From NCBI GenBank assembly GCA_964525635.1, contig CAZGJX010000042.1:1-33174 (forward strand): DNA of 33,174 nt, read 5' to 3'. The stretch is from an uncultured archaeon (GTDB taxonomy: Archaea; Asgardarchaeota; Lokiarchaeia; Sigyniarchaeales; SOKP01). The notes under the pieces are model-generated. The model was given only the letters and a program-made list of their open reading frames with translations. It was not told the DNA's origin and did no database searches. Shown here piece after piece: positions 1-9,935 of the stretch. The position numbers and the translations under genes are program-made. How positions within the stretch are numbered: the stretch's first letter is position 1; every line of letters begins with the position of its first letter.

Positions 1-172
1 GTAAAGTAAAAAGAGGTTAATTTTTAATTTATCATTCATTTGGAAAATTAACCTAATTTTATTTAAATCATTTTTAATAATTATTAGATATGTTTCATAT
101 AAAACCTTAAAAATTTTATAAAATTAATGAATTTAATTTTAAAATTTCATGTAAATATAAAATTGATACAAC

Positions 173-1012
173 ATGAGTGAGGAAAAAGTTCTAAAGATTG
201 GTATCTTAAAAAATGGTACCATTGGCACATCATTACTTTTACCTTTTTTAATTGATGAAAGAGCTGAAAGCAAGCGTGTAACTTTCAGAGAAGTTACTTC
301 TGGACCAAAAATGCATCCCCCAGAACAATGTATAGAAACAATTAAGAAATTAATTGAGTTTAATCCAGATTTAATCCTTATGGCTTCACCAAATGCAGCA
401 TTAATGGGTCCAAAAATGGCTAGAGAATTAATTGGAGATATTCCTACGATAATAATCTCTGATTCTCCAGCTAAAAAAGCTATTGATGAATTTAAAGAAA
501 AAAATTTGGGTTATATCATTGTTGAATGTGATAGTATGATTGGAGCCCGTAGACCGTTTCTAGATCCTATTGAAATGAGTTTATTTAATGCTAATTTATT
601 AAAAGTTCTCTCAATAACAGGAGTATTTAATATTGTTGTAAATGAATTAAATAGAGTAATTATAGAATTCCTGGAAGGTAAGAAACCTGAATTGCCACAA
701 ATTGAAATTAATTCTAAAAAAGCTAGTGATGCTGCTCATTTTTCAAATCCATATGCACAAGCAAAAGCTATAGCCGCATTTGAATTAGCTACCCAAGTAT
801 CTAAACTTACTGGAAAAGCTTGTTTTGTTTTAAATGAAAAAGATGAGTATATGCCTTTACTAGCAGCAGCACATGAAATGATGAAAACTGCAGCTGATTT
901 ATGTCAAACTGCTAGAGAAATAGAAAAATCTAATGATAAAGTAATGCGTACACCTCATAAGTCAAGTCAAGAACTTTTAATTAAAAGGAGTTTATACGAA
1001 AAAGAACAATAA
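173..1012 (+). CDS. mtd: F420-dependent methylenetetrahydromethanopterin dehydrogenase
   Basis: Mtd motifs KIGI.K.G.IGTS, DERA, SG.KM.PE, SPNAAL.GP, DSMIGARR.FLDP.EM..FN, F.NPYA.AKA.AA, AAAHEMM..AA, AREIEK.ND.V.RTPH; 279 aa. Confidence 0.95.
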   Translation: MSEEKVLKIGILKNGTIGTSLLLPFLIDERAESKRVTFREVTSGPKMHPPEQCIETIKKLIEFNPDLILMASPNAALMGPKMARELIGDIPTIIISDSPAKKAIDEFKEKNLGYIIVECDSMIGARRPFLDPIEMSLFNANLLKVLSITGVFNIVVNELNRVIIEFLEGKKPELPQIEINSKKASDAAHFSNPYAQAKAIAAFELATQVSKLTGKACFVLNEKDEYMPLLAAAHEMMKTAADLCQTAREIEKSNDKVMRTPHKSSQELLIKRSLYEKEQ

Positions 1013-1127
1013 TAAGAATTATCTAATCAATATTTTATTATTAAAAATATATTTTTTATATTTGTGTCTTTTTTTATTAATTTAGCTCAATAAAATATAA
1101 AATTCATTAGATTTGATTTTTAGTCTA

Positions 1128-2084
1128 TTATGGAAAATCTTCGTGGAAAAAAGATTCTAAATTTTTAAACTTCTCTCCATTTAAAGTTTGTATAACACTT
1201 AAGAAGACATCTTGTTTTTTATTTCTTGTCACAGCCATTAAAACAGCTTTATTTTCAACTTCTTTAACTAAAAGGTAAGAATGCTCACTCTCATAGATTA
1301 TAGCTGAAAGACCTAAAGGTGAAACATTTGGCATATTCATAAGTTTCATAATTTTTTTATATATTTGGTACATATTAGAATCTAATGTTCCAATCTCAAA
1401 TTTCATGAATTCTAATGGTTTTGATTCAAATTTACCCAAAGTAGATGCAATTATAAGACCATCTGGTACATTGAATAGAAGATATTCCGATAAAGTATTT
1501 AATTTAAATTGATCCAAAAGATTTCTTATTCTTCCCAATCGTTGAAGTGATAATGTTGATTTCTGAATTTCATAATCTAATATTTCTATTAAGCGATGTT
1601 GAGCACTACCTTCTTTAACAGAAACGGGAGTAAAAACTATTTTTTCTCGTGAATCTTTATCTAATCCTTTAGATAATAATTCAAAGACGTCATCTTCTTT
1701 TGATTCTTCTAAATCAATTTTATTTAATAACACATATATTTTATCCAAATTTGGACTATATTCAAAGATATTCGATAAGAATTTATCAAAGATATCACGG
1801 ACTTCTTGTTCTTTTATTGTAGAATCTACCATAAAAATACCAGCAGTTACTTCAGAAAAAACAAATTCTTTCTGATTATCAGAAAAATATCTCTCTAAAT
1901 ATATCTTCTGTCCTCCTGCATCCCATACATTCAGTTCCATTATTCCTCGAAAGATAAAATTTTCTCTAGATATACCTTTTGTGGGTTTAAGGTTTATAAC
2001 CTTCATGAAATTATAGCCTGAACATGTTGTTTTCATTAAGCTTGTTTTCCCAGCATTTTGAGGCCCAAATAATAAGACTTTCAA
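1128..2084 (-). CDS. Gtr1/RagA-like small GTPase with C-terminal roadblock-like domain
   Basis: G1 GPQNAGKTS, G2 KPT, G3 LNVWDAGGQ..YLERYF, G4 NKID; C-terminal DGLIIAS roadblock-type motif; TTG start with GGTGA upstream. Confidence 0.85.
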   Translation of the reverse strand: MKVLLFGPQNAGKTSLMKTTCSGYNFMKVINLKPTKGISRENFIFRGIMELNVWDAGGQKIYLERYFSDNQKEFVFSEVTAGIFMVDSTIKEQEVRDIFDKFLSNIFEYSPNLDKIYVLLNKIDLEESKEDDVFELLSKGLDKDSREKIVFTPVSVKEGSAQHRLIEILDYEIQKSTLSLQRLGRIRNLLDQFKLNTLSEYLLFNVPDGLIIASTLGKFESKPLEFMKFEIGTLDSNMYQIYKKIMKLMNMPNVSPLGLSAIIYESEHSYLLVKEVENKAVLMAVTRNKKQDVFLSVIQTLNGEKFKNLESFFHEDFP

Positions 2085-2396
2085 ATCAAATTTTCACCGA
2101 ATTGTTTCCTATTGATTATTAAGAATTCCCTTTTTTATAAAATAAATAAGTTACTCCTTATTTAATATTTTGTAATTGTTATTTTTAAAACAATTACATA
2201 AAAAAAAATGGATAATAAAAATATTTTTTTTTTTTGAAAGGAATTTTTATTAAAATTTATTGAAATAAAATAAATCATTATAATCAAAATTTGCTCATCT
2301 TTGTAATTCAGAAATAAATAATAATTAAATAATCCGGATTATTAATCAAAAATATCATAAAATTATTTATAATTATACATAATTAGATGGATATAT

Positions 2397-2927
2397 ATGG
2401 TAGACTTATTAGAATATATTCGAACTGTGGAAGGATTTCCTAAAGAAGGTATATCATTTAAAGATATTACCACATTAGCAAAAGTTCACACTCCTTTTAA
2501 AGAATCATGTGACAGAATTGTAGAACACTATAAAGATAAGGGAATAAATAAAGTTGCTGCAATTGAAGCAAGAGGTTATATTTGGGGGGGAGTTATAGCA
2601 TATCTATTAGGGGCAGGATTTATCTTGATAAGAAAGCCGGGGAAATTACCTGCTGAAATATATAAGGAATCTTATCAATTAGAATATGGGACAGATACAA
2701 TTGAAATGCATAAGGATGCAATTGAAGAAGGAGATAAAGTTTTATTATTTGATGATTTATTAGCGACGGGAGGAACAGCTAAAGCAGCAGTTAATCTTAT
2801 CGAGAAAGCAGGAGGTATTGTAGAAGGAATTGCCTTTGTTATTGAACTGATTGGATCTCTTCATGGACGTGATAAATTAGAAGGATATGAGTTATTATCT
2901 CTATTAGAGATTCCTGTAGAGGAATAA
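2397..2927 (+). CDS. apt: adenine phosphoribosyltransferase
   Basis: FPKEGISFKDITT, EARG, RKPGKLP, YQLEYG, PRPP motif VLLFDDLLATGGT. Confidence 0.96.
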   Translation: MVDLLEYIRTVEGFPKEGISFKDITTLAKVHTPFKESCDRIVEHYKDKGINKVAAIEARGYIWGGVIAYLLGAGFILIRKPGKLPAEIYKESYQLEYGTDTIEMHKDAIEEGDKVLLFDDLLATGGTAKAAVNLIEKAGGIVEGIAFVIELIGSLHGRDKLEGYELLSLLEIPVEE

Positions 2928-2990
2928 TTATTTCTCTTTTTTTTATTTTTTAAAAAGAATTAAAAAAAAATGTGTTTAGCAAAAATAAAA

Positions 2991-3860
2991 TTAAATAATT
3001 GCACCTGTTAAAGAATGGTGACAACTACAATCACGATCTAAATTAATTCTTGGAATTGTTAATTCTAATAATTTTTTGAGATTTTCTGTATTTTTTGCCA
3101 TAGTTTCTAAAATTTCTTGAATATCCACAGTTAATTTTTTAATTTTTCCACCACACATAGTGCAGTTTTTTCCTGATTCTACAATACCACATTTTTCACA
3201 TTCACCAGCCCATACATCTAAATCAGTGATAGTGGCAATACAACAATAACATATTTCTTTCTCCGCAGCAAGGACTACTTCTGGATAGGTAGTCATACCG
3301 ATGATATCGCCACCCCATTGACGAAATATAATTGATTCTGCTCTAGTAGAGAATCTAGGACCTTCTATGCAAAGATATGTACCACCATTCTGTATATTTA
3401 ATTCCATACTTTTTCCTGCTTCATACATTAAATCATTTAAATATGAGCAGTAAGGATCTGCTTGCCCTATATGGCAAACTTGACCTCCTTCATAAAAGGT
3501 ATCAAGTCTTTTTTTTGTTCTATCTATATACTGATTGACTAAAATGAATTTTCCTTTATCATGTTCTTTTTTTAATGATCCTACAGCAGAAGGTGAAATA
3601 ATATATTTTACACCTAATTCATTTAAAGCCCAGATATTTGCTCGAAAATTTAACATATGTGGTGGAATAGTGTGTCCAGAACCATGACGAGGTAAAAAAG
3701 CTATTTTTTTTTCTTTAAATAATCCTATTTTAATCGCATCTGAAGGATTACCAAAAGGAGTATATAGTTTAACCTCTTTAACATTCTCTAATTCTAAATC
3801 AGAACCAGTGCCCCCAATAATTCCAATACTTGCCTTATCTTCATTACTCCTAAGTCTCAT
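2991..3860 (-). CDS. mtnP: S-methyl-5'-thioadenosine phosphorylase (MTAP) with inserted zinc ribbon
   Basis: IGIIGGTG, TPFGNPS, RHG..H.IPPH, SAVGSL, EGPRFSTRAES, IGMT..PE, TDLD; C-terminal CSC. Confidence 0.93.
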   Translation of the reverse strand: MRLRSNEDKASIGIIGGTGSDLELENVKEVKLYTPFGNPSDAIKIGLFKEKKIAFLPRHGSGHTIPPHMLNFRANIWALNELGVKYIISPSAVGSLKKEHDKGKFILVNQYIDRTKKRLDTFYEGGQVCHIGQADPYCSYLNDLMYEAGKSMELNIQNGGTYLCIEGPRFSTRAESIIFRQWGGDIIGMTTYPEVVLAAEKEICYCCIATITDLDVWAGECEKCGIVESGKNCTMCGGKIKKLTVDIQEILETMAKNTENLKKLLELTIPRINLDRDCSCHHSLTGAII

Positions 3861-4106
3861 TTTTATTCTTTTTAATTTTGTTTTTTTAAATTATGTCTTT
3901 TTTATTTTGAAGAATTAAAAAGTTTTTTCCTATTTTATGTTTTATTCAAAGATGGTTAAATTCATTTCAAAGATTATTTTTTTCATACTTCTAATTTATA
4001 ATTTTGAATAAAATATAATTTAACAATTATTATCAAAAAGGTTATTTCATTTGAAATATTTTTTAACTTAGTATTATCTAATCAATATATTATTAGGATT
4101 ATTTAC

Positions 4107-5414
4107 ATGGCCAAAATTACATTTTTAGGAGGTTGTAGAGAGGTTGGTCGTTCTGCGATTCTTGTAGAATCAAAAAATGGGGATAAATGTCTACTTGATT
4201 ATGGAATCAGATTCAGTGATGAAGATAGATTACCCTATGAAGCAAGTTTAAGAAAACTTAAAGCTGTTGCATTGACCCACTGCCACATAGATCATTCGGG
4301 AGCATTACCTTTTTTGTATAATAAAAAAAAAAATTTACCTCTTTATACAAATGGCGTCACACTTGAAATTATTGAGAGATTAATAATCGATATGCTAAAA
4401 ATTTCTAAATATCCATATCCATTTAGTTTAAAAGAAGTAGTCCAGGTAGTTAATAATTCTTATTTTCTAAAAAAATCAATTAGGCGCAAAATCGCTCATG
4501 ATTTCTATATAACGTTTTATGATGCGGGACATATCCCAGGGAGTGTGTCAATTGTGGTTGAAGTAGATGGAAAAAAGATATTATATTCTGGTGATTTTAA
4601 TAATAATAATACAAATCTTGTTAATTCAGCAAACCCTTCTATAATTCCTGAGATTGATGCCTTGATTATCGAATCTACTTATTCCTTAAAAGACCATCCT
4701 CCAAGAGAACAACTAGAGAGACAATTTGTTGAAGATGTTATAGAGATTACTCAGAATGGTGGTAATGTTTTAGTACCCGCGTTTGGAGTCGCTCGTTCTC
4801 AAGAAGCCATTATGATATTAGACAAATATGAGTATAGAGGAAAATTATTTCTTGATGGATTAGCTAAATTAATTACAAAAATTTATTATAATTATCCAAA
4901 TTCTTTAAAAAATAAAAATTATTATAGGAAAGCATTAAAAAAAGCTAAATTTGTTGGTCAAGAGAAACAAACTCAAATCTCTCAAAAATCTAATAATGTG
5001 ATAGTATCTCCTTCCGGTATGCTAAAGGGAGGAGCTGCTTTAAAATACATAAAAGATATTTTAATTAATCCTCAATCTGCAATTTTCATGGTAGGCTATC
5101 AGGTAGAGGGTACTCCTGGAAGAAATCTTTTGGATAATAGAGTATTTAAATTTCAAGAATCTGATGAGAAACGTAATACTGATTATGATCTAAACATAGA
5201 AGCTCAGTGCAAAATTAATCATTATGATTTTTCGAGTCATGCTGATGGAATCGGATTACACAGTTATATTGATAATTTACATTTTAATAATCATTCAAAA
5301 CAGATATTTTGTGTACATGGTGATAATGAAGCCACAACCCATTTAGCTAGTAAATTAAATAGTAATGATTACCATTCAGTAGCTCCTGAAATAGGAGAAG
5401 TATATAAAATCTAA
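4107..5414 (+). CDS. MBL-fold beta-CASP ribonuclease (archaeal CPSF family, no KH domains)
   Basis: FLGG..EVGRS, THCHIDHSG, AGHIPGS, YSGD, ESTY, SGML.GG, GYQ.EGTPG, FSSHAD, VHGD. Confidence 0.92.
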   Translation: MAKITFLGGCREVGRSAILVESKNGDKCLLDYGIRFSDEDRLPYEASLRKLKAVALTHCHIDHSGALPFLYNKKKNLPLYTNGVTLEIIERLIIDMLKISKYPYPFSLKEVVQVVNNSYFLKKSIRRKIAHDFYITFYDAGHIPGSVSIVVEVDGKKILYSGDFNNNNTNLVNSANPSIIPEIDALIIESTYSLKDHPPREQLERQFVEDVIEITQNGGNVLVPAFGVARSQEAIMILDKYEYRGKLFLDGLAKLITKIYYNYPNSLKNKNYYRKALKKAKFVGQEKQTQISQKSNNVIVSPSGMLKGGAALKYIKDILINPQSAIFMVGYQVEGTPGRNLLDNRVFKFQESDEKRNTDYDLNIEAQCKINHYDFSSHADGIGLHSYIDNLHFNNHSKQIFCVHGDNEATTHLASKLNSNDYHSVAPEIGEVYKI

Positions 5415-6919
5415 TTTTTCTGATTCAATTGTTTTTTAATAGTTTGATCACAATTTTCAAGAAATTCCTCAATTTTACAAATTGGAACTTTTGTTCCTGC
5501 AGCTGGAGGATGTCCTCCTCCTAATGATTTAAGATTAGAGCGAACTAAAGCTTCTCTAATTACCTTAGATAAGTTCACTCCTTTTTTTACAATTGATTTA
5601 TGAGCTCTAGCTGATATTTTATATTCATCACTATCATTTCTTTTAGCATATCCAAGAATTGGTTTATTTTTTTTAATAGTCCCACTTTCATCAAAAATTA
5701 GCATAGAACATACTGTACCTACTATATTCTCTGGTATCATATCCTCACCATAAAAATATTGGATATATTCTTTTTCTTTTATGATATTTCCATCTTTTAT
5801 CCAAGATAAAGCATTAACTAACATTTTTTTGTAATCTTCAAGATTTTTTTGAGCTTGCGTATAAGAATTTTTTCTATCTCCCATAGCAATCGCAATTCCA
5901 ATAGAAGCATTATTAGTTCTTCCACAAGCATTTAATAAATTAGAAAATTCATTTATTTCATAAAGATCTGAACCAATAACTTCATTTTTTAATAGATATC
6001 TATTAATAATTAATTTTTTAATCATATCATTTGGATTGATATTCGACTTGATTGAACCATATTCAATTAATGCAGAAGTCAATTTTTGTTTTTCTTCTTG
6101 GTTAAGATCCATCAATGATTTAGTTATACCATTAGAATTTTCAATTAATATTCCTAAATTTTTAAGGAATTTTAGACTTTTATTAGGATCTCCACTTAAT
6201 CCAGGTAAATGTATCTCAGATGAATAAGCTAAAGCTTCATTTAATGGTTTAATAGGTGATAAATTTATATCATTCACAATTTCTATTAAATTGCTATTTT
6301 TTGCATCTTTTAATATTAATGAATTTAATCCAATAAATGATTTATTTTGCCCTTGATTTTGAATATCTCCTATAGCACCAATTAGAGCAATTATAGAAAG
6401 ATCTATATTTCCTTCATTCAAACTTTTGGTAAAAAAATAACTTATTCCTGCTCCAGATATCTCTAGACTTCCATCAACTCCATAAAAATAAGGATTTATA
6501 TGCCACTGATGTGTTTTTTCATAAATATCTTTAATTAAATTCTTTTCTTCCTTATTTCCAATTCCTTGGGGTAAATGGTGATCTAGAATTATGAAAGGAT
6601 TATTTAATTTATTTTGAAGATCAAGATATTGACCACTTCCAAAATCAGAAAATAAAAAAAAACAATTAGATTGATCATTTTCTTTACTTAATTTATCTAT
6701 TTCTTCTAATTCTAATTGCTTTAATACTGTAATTTGAAATGGTATATTGTCTCTAAATAATGCTTTACCAAGAATTGCTCCAGAAGCTATTCCATCCGAG
6801 TCAAGGTGGGTATATACTTTTACTGGAGTTTCTAATTTATTTATATTTTCATAAAAATATTGTTTGACAAGATTTAAATCTGATATTAATTCTTCAAAAT
6901 TATTAGATTTTTTTTTCAT
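5411..6919 (-). CDS. RecJ/GAN(Cdc45)-like DHH/DHHA1 nuclease
   Basis: HLDSDG, SDFG, ILDHH, LNACGR, KISAR, GGGH..AAG; stop overlaps the stop of the convergent RNase (5411-5414). Confidence 0.9.
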   Translation of the reverse strand: MKKKSNNFEELISDLNLVKQYFYENINKLETPVKVYTHLDSDGIASGAILGKALFRDNIPFQITVLKQLELEEIDKLSKENDQSNCFFLFSDFGSGQYLDLQNKLNNPFIILDHHLPQGIGNKEEKNLIKDIYEKTHQWHINPYFYGVDGSLEISGAGISYFFTKSLNEGNIDLSIIALIGAIGDIQNQGQNKSFIGLNSLILKDAKNSNLIEIVNDINLSPIKPLNEALAYSSEIHLPGLSGDPNKSLKFLKNLGILIENSNGITKSLMDLNQEEKQKLTSALIEYGSIKSNINPNDMIKKLIINRYLLKNEVIGSDLYEINEFSNLLNACGRTNNASIGIAIAMGDRKNSYTQAQKNLEDYKKMLVNALSWIKDGNIIKEKEYIQYFYGEDMIPENIVGTVCSMLIFDESGTIKKNKPILGYAKRNDSDEYKISARAHKSIVKKGVNLSKVIREALVRSNLKSLGGGHPPAAGTKVPICKIEEFLENCDQTIKKQLNQKN

Positions 6920-7036
6920 TTTTTTTGAAGTTTTTATATTTGTAATCCCTATACTATTTATTATTCAAAAAACTATAATAACTCTTATAAAAATAAATCT
7001 AAATGATTATTATCTATAATACAGAGGTGAATAAAT

Positions 7037-8035
7037 ATTTTAAATATTAATATAAATGATTTAGCTAAAAACATTACTCAAGAGATTATTAAAAATAAAG
7101 AAATATACAGAGCAAAAGTGCAAGTATTGAATAATGGAGCAACAATCCTAAACATGAAATATGCTACTTGGGAGGGTGGAAAATTGGTAGCTGAAATTTG
7201 TATGGGTGGTTTAGGAAATATAAATTTTTCAAACTATAAAATTGATCAATATCTTTTCCCTGTTGTAAATGTGTATACTTCATATCCGATTATTGCTTGT
7301 ATGGCATCTCAATTAGCTGGTTGGAATGTTAAATTGAAGAAGGAAATAGAAAATGAGGGTATCTTAAAGAAAAAGAAGATTTTTGACTCTTTAGGATCAG
7401 GTCCTGCGAGAGTAAAAAGTAAAGTTGAGAAAAAGTTATTTAAAGATATAATATATGATGATAATTCAAATTGTGCTGTCATTGTTTTTGAAACAGAAAA
7501 ATTACCTAATGATGAAGTAATGCAAATTATTGCAGATAGTTGTAATGTTGAGGTAAATGAAACATATGCTCTATGTGCTCCAACAGCTTGCTTAACCGGT
7601 TCTATCCAAGTTGCTGCTAGAATTGTTGAAACAGGAATACATAAATTACATCAGATTGATTTTCCAATTGAAATTATAGAAAATGGATTTGGTACAACAA
7701 CTATCGCCCCTATTGCAAAGAATGATATTGAAGCTATGGGTAGAACAAATGATTCCATAATTGCTGGAGGGATGACATATTATAATATAAATATTGAGGA
7801 AGAAAAAGAAGATGAAATTTTTGGACTTGTAAAAAAAGCTCCCGCAAACACATCTTCTAATTATGGAAAACCATTCTTAACTCTCTTTAAAGAGGTTGAT
7901 TACAATTTTTATGATATTGATTCAGGATTATTTGCTCCAGCAATTTATACTGTAACAAACTTAAAGACAGGTAAAACTATATCTTCAGGAAAGCAAAATT
8001 TCGAAATCTTGAAAAAATCTTATGGATTAATATAA
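7037..8035 (+). CDS. mch: methenyltetrahydromethanopterin cyclohydrolase; start extended from 7118 to proposed ATT at 7037
   Basis: EIC.GGLG, ACMASQ.AGW, GSGPAR, APT..L.GSIQV.AR.VETG.HKL, AMGRTND, YGKPF, FY.ID.GLFAPA. In-frame upstream codons give LNININDLAKNITQEIIKNKEIYRAKV, resembling the Mch N-terminal helix; GAGGTGA at 7024-7030. Confidence 0.93.
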   Translation: MLNININDLAKNITQEIIKNKEIYRAKVQVLNNGATILNMKYATWEGGKLVAEICMGGLGNINFSNYKIDQYLFPVVNVYTSYPIIACMASQLAGWNVKLKKEIENEGILKKKKIFDSLGSGPARVKSKVEKKLFKDIIYDDNSNCAVIVFETEKLPNDEVMQIIADSCNVEVNETYALCAPTACLTGSIQVAARIVETGIHKLHQIDFPIEIIENGFGTTTIAPIAKNDIEAMGRTNDSIIAGGMTYYNINIEEEKEDEIFGLVKKAPANTSSNYGKPFLTLFKEVDYNFYDIDSGLFAPAIYTVTNLKTGKTISSGKQNFEILKKSYGLI

Positions 8036-8148
8036 ATCTTCTAATAGAAAAAAAAATCTAATTTTCTATTATGTTTCAATTTCTTAATTAATTGTTATAT
8101 CAAAAATCAATTCTAAAAAAAGTTTAAACAAATAATAATCTATGTTAT

Positions 8149-9288
8149 TTATATATTTGTCAATTCTTCTTGATATTTTAAGATTTCTGCATGGGATATA
8201 TCTTCATCAAATTGTATTTCCCTTTGGATACCTAAATAAGCACAAGAAAGTCTAGCAGCAGCAACAATTTCAGCTTTTTTAAGTGTTATTGAATATTCAT
8301 CACCAGAAAACTCATTTCCATTATTTTGCACTGATCGCTTTTGAAATCGATTTTCATGAAGTTTAAAAGAACGTTCTGTTTTCATTTTATGTAATAAAGA
8401 AGCCATTTTATCAGCAACTATAAACGTTAAATCGTTTTTAATAATCAAACGAGCGATGTTATTTACATCAAAATAATTTAGACTTTCAAATTTTGTTCTT
8501 AAATAACTTTTAAGGTTTTCTGAATTTTTTTCACATTCTATTTCTGTCCAATCATGAATTGCTAGTCTTCTTCTGAAAAAAATTAATTCCCAATCAATTT
8601 CTAATTCTTTCAGAAATTCTAACATTTTATCATCATTTGGTATTTTAGATTCAATTATGATGTAGAGTTGAAGTCCATAATATTTATGTTCTTGTTGAAG
8701 GAAAAAGCCTCTTTGTTGCATAGAAGCGAGAATCTTTAATTTAATTGAGAAAATATTCTCAGATACGTTTTTCTTACCACAACTTAGATATATAACATTA
8801 CCTTCTTCACTTATATAATCACAATCGAGGAACCCCAAGATACTTTCATTATTTTCTTCGATAAAACACATTAAACCAGAAAGAGTAGGTTTAACATCAA
8901 ATTTAATTAAATCATTTTCTTCAATAGATACATAATCCGTATTACTCCCTCCTATTGACAATTTAATTGAATTTAAAATAAGGTCTTTTTCCTCACCAAA
9001 AACTCTTTTAATTGCTTCATTAATAGGAAATACTTCTTCTTCTAATATTTTAATATCAGCCATTGAAGATTCATAGGGTTCTGGTTCAGTTAGAACTTTA
9101 TTTAATATAGGTGCCTCTGAAGCATCTACTTCAATTTCATAATTTTTAGCTAAATCTTTACGAATAATACAATAAGAATGTTTTTTTTTATTATACATTG
9201 ATAAAGAAGTATTTAAATCTATTACCGCTCGAAATTTTTCAGTAATTTTATTTTCTATTCTATCTGATTTTGTTCTTCGTCGGCGAAT
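8149..9288 (-). CDS. hypothetical protein; first ATG at 9198, possible ATT start at 9288
   Basis: Long ORF (349 aa from ATG), no recognised motif; frame is open 30 more codons upstream (IRRRRTKSDRIENKITEKFRAVIDLNTSLS). Confidence 0.7.
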   Translation of the reverse strand: MRRRRTKSDRIENKITEKFRAVIDLNTSLSMYNKKKHSYCIIRKDLAKNYEIEVDASEAPILNKVLTEPEPYESSMADIKILEEEVFPINEAIKRVFGEEKDLILNSIKLSIGGSNTDYVSIEENDLIKFDVKPTLSGLMCFIEENNESILGFLDCDYISEEGNVIYLSCGKKNVSENIFSIKLKILASMQQRGFFLQQEHKYYGLQLYIIIESKIPNDDKMLEFLKELEIDWELIFFRRRLAIHDWTEIECEKNSENLKSYLRTKFESLNYFDVNNIARLIIKNDLTFIVADKMASLLHKMKTERSFKLHENRFQKRSVQNNGNEFSGDEYSITLKKAEIVAAARLSCAYLGIQREIQFDEDISHAEILKYQEELTNI

Positions 9289-9432
9289 TTTACATCATCA
9301 ATTTTTCTTTCTTCTTTATATTTAAATAGAAAATCAAAATTAAAAATCTTATCTGAACTAAAATAAAAATATTATACTTATTAATCAATTAGATTAATCC
9401 AAATGGATAAAAAAAGTTTTAGAAGATATAAT

Positions 9433-9612
9433 CTATTTTAATTCTTCTTCAAGAAAATATTGGTCATCTTTTTTTATATATACAATTTCAGAGTTAAAAT
9501 TATTTATAACTCTTATTTTATTACCCTGCATTTCTTTAATCTCCAGAGAGTATGGTAATCTTCTTTTTGTTATAATATTTTTTATTAATGCTCTTTCTTC
9601 TTTTGAGTCCAT
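9433..9612 (-). CDS. small hypothetical protein, 59 aa (below ORF-track cut-off)
   Basis: ATG 9612 to TAG 9433: MDSKEERALIKNIITKRRLPYSLEIKEMQGNKIRVINNFNSEIVYIKKDDQYFLEEELK; protein-like composition, fills an otherwise empty gap. Confidence 0.75.
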   Translation of the reverse strand: MDSKEERALIKNIITKRRLPYSLEIKEMQGNKIRVINNFNSEIVYIKKDDQYFLEEELK

Positions 9613-9935
9613 ATTAATAAAAATCCTTCTTTAAAAAAAAAATTTATGATTTATTCAATTATTCAGATTTTTAAAAAACTAAATTTCCATAAAATATAAG
9701 AAAAATAGAACTTTATAGATAATATTGACATGTAGACTAATAAAATCCTAAAAAAAAAAAATTTCTATCAATTATTTGCAACAAACAATTAAAATTTCTA
9801 AACAAAAAAAGAGAGAAAATTAATAAAATAATTATTAAAATTGAACTAGTATTTTATTAAAAAGATAATATATTTAAACAAACAAATGTCTAGTTGAAAT
9901 ATAGATATAAATTCATCTAATGTTGGAAACATATA

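Noticed and set aside
2085-2396. Long A/T homopolymers in intergenic regions (also 9620-9900, 15290-15530)
   Set aside because: Expected in such AT-rich DNA; no repeat unit or structure discerned
7028-7030. In-frame TGA upstream of mch (also 13627) as selenocysteine readthrough
   Set aside because: The TGA is part of the SD-like motif and no coding homology is apparent upstream
173-8035. mtd and mch as evidence of methanogenesis
   Set aside because: No mcr/mtr genes in the window; these genes also belong to the H4MPT Wood-Ljungdahl branch found in Lokiarchaeia
9255-9371. Minus-strand frame ending KEERKIDDVKFADEEQNQIE*
   Set aside because: No canonical start, short, and overlaps the proposed ATT extension of the 8149 gene; not fully excluded
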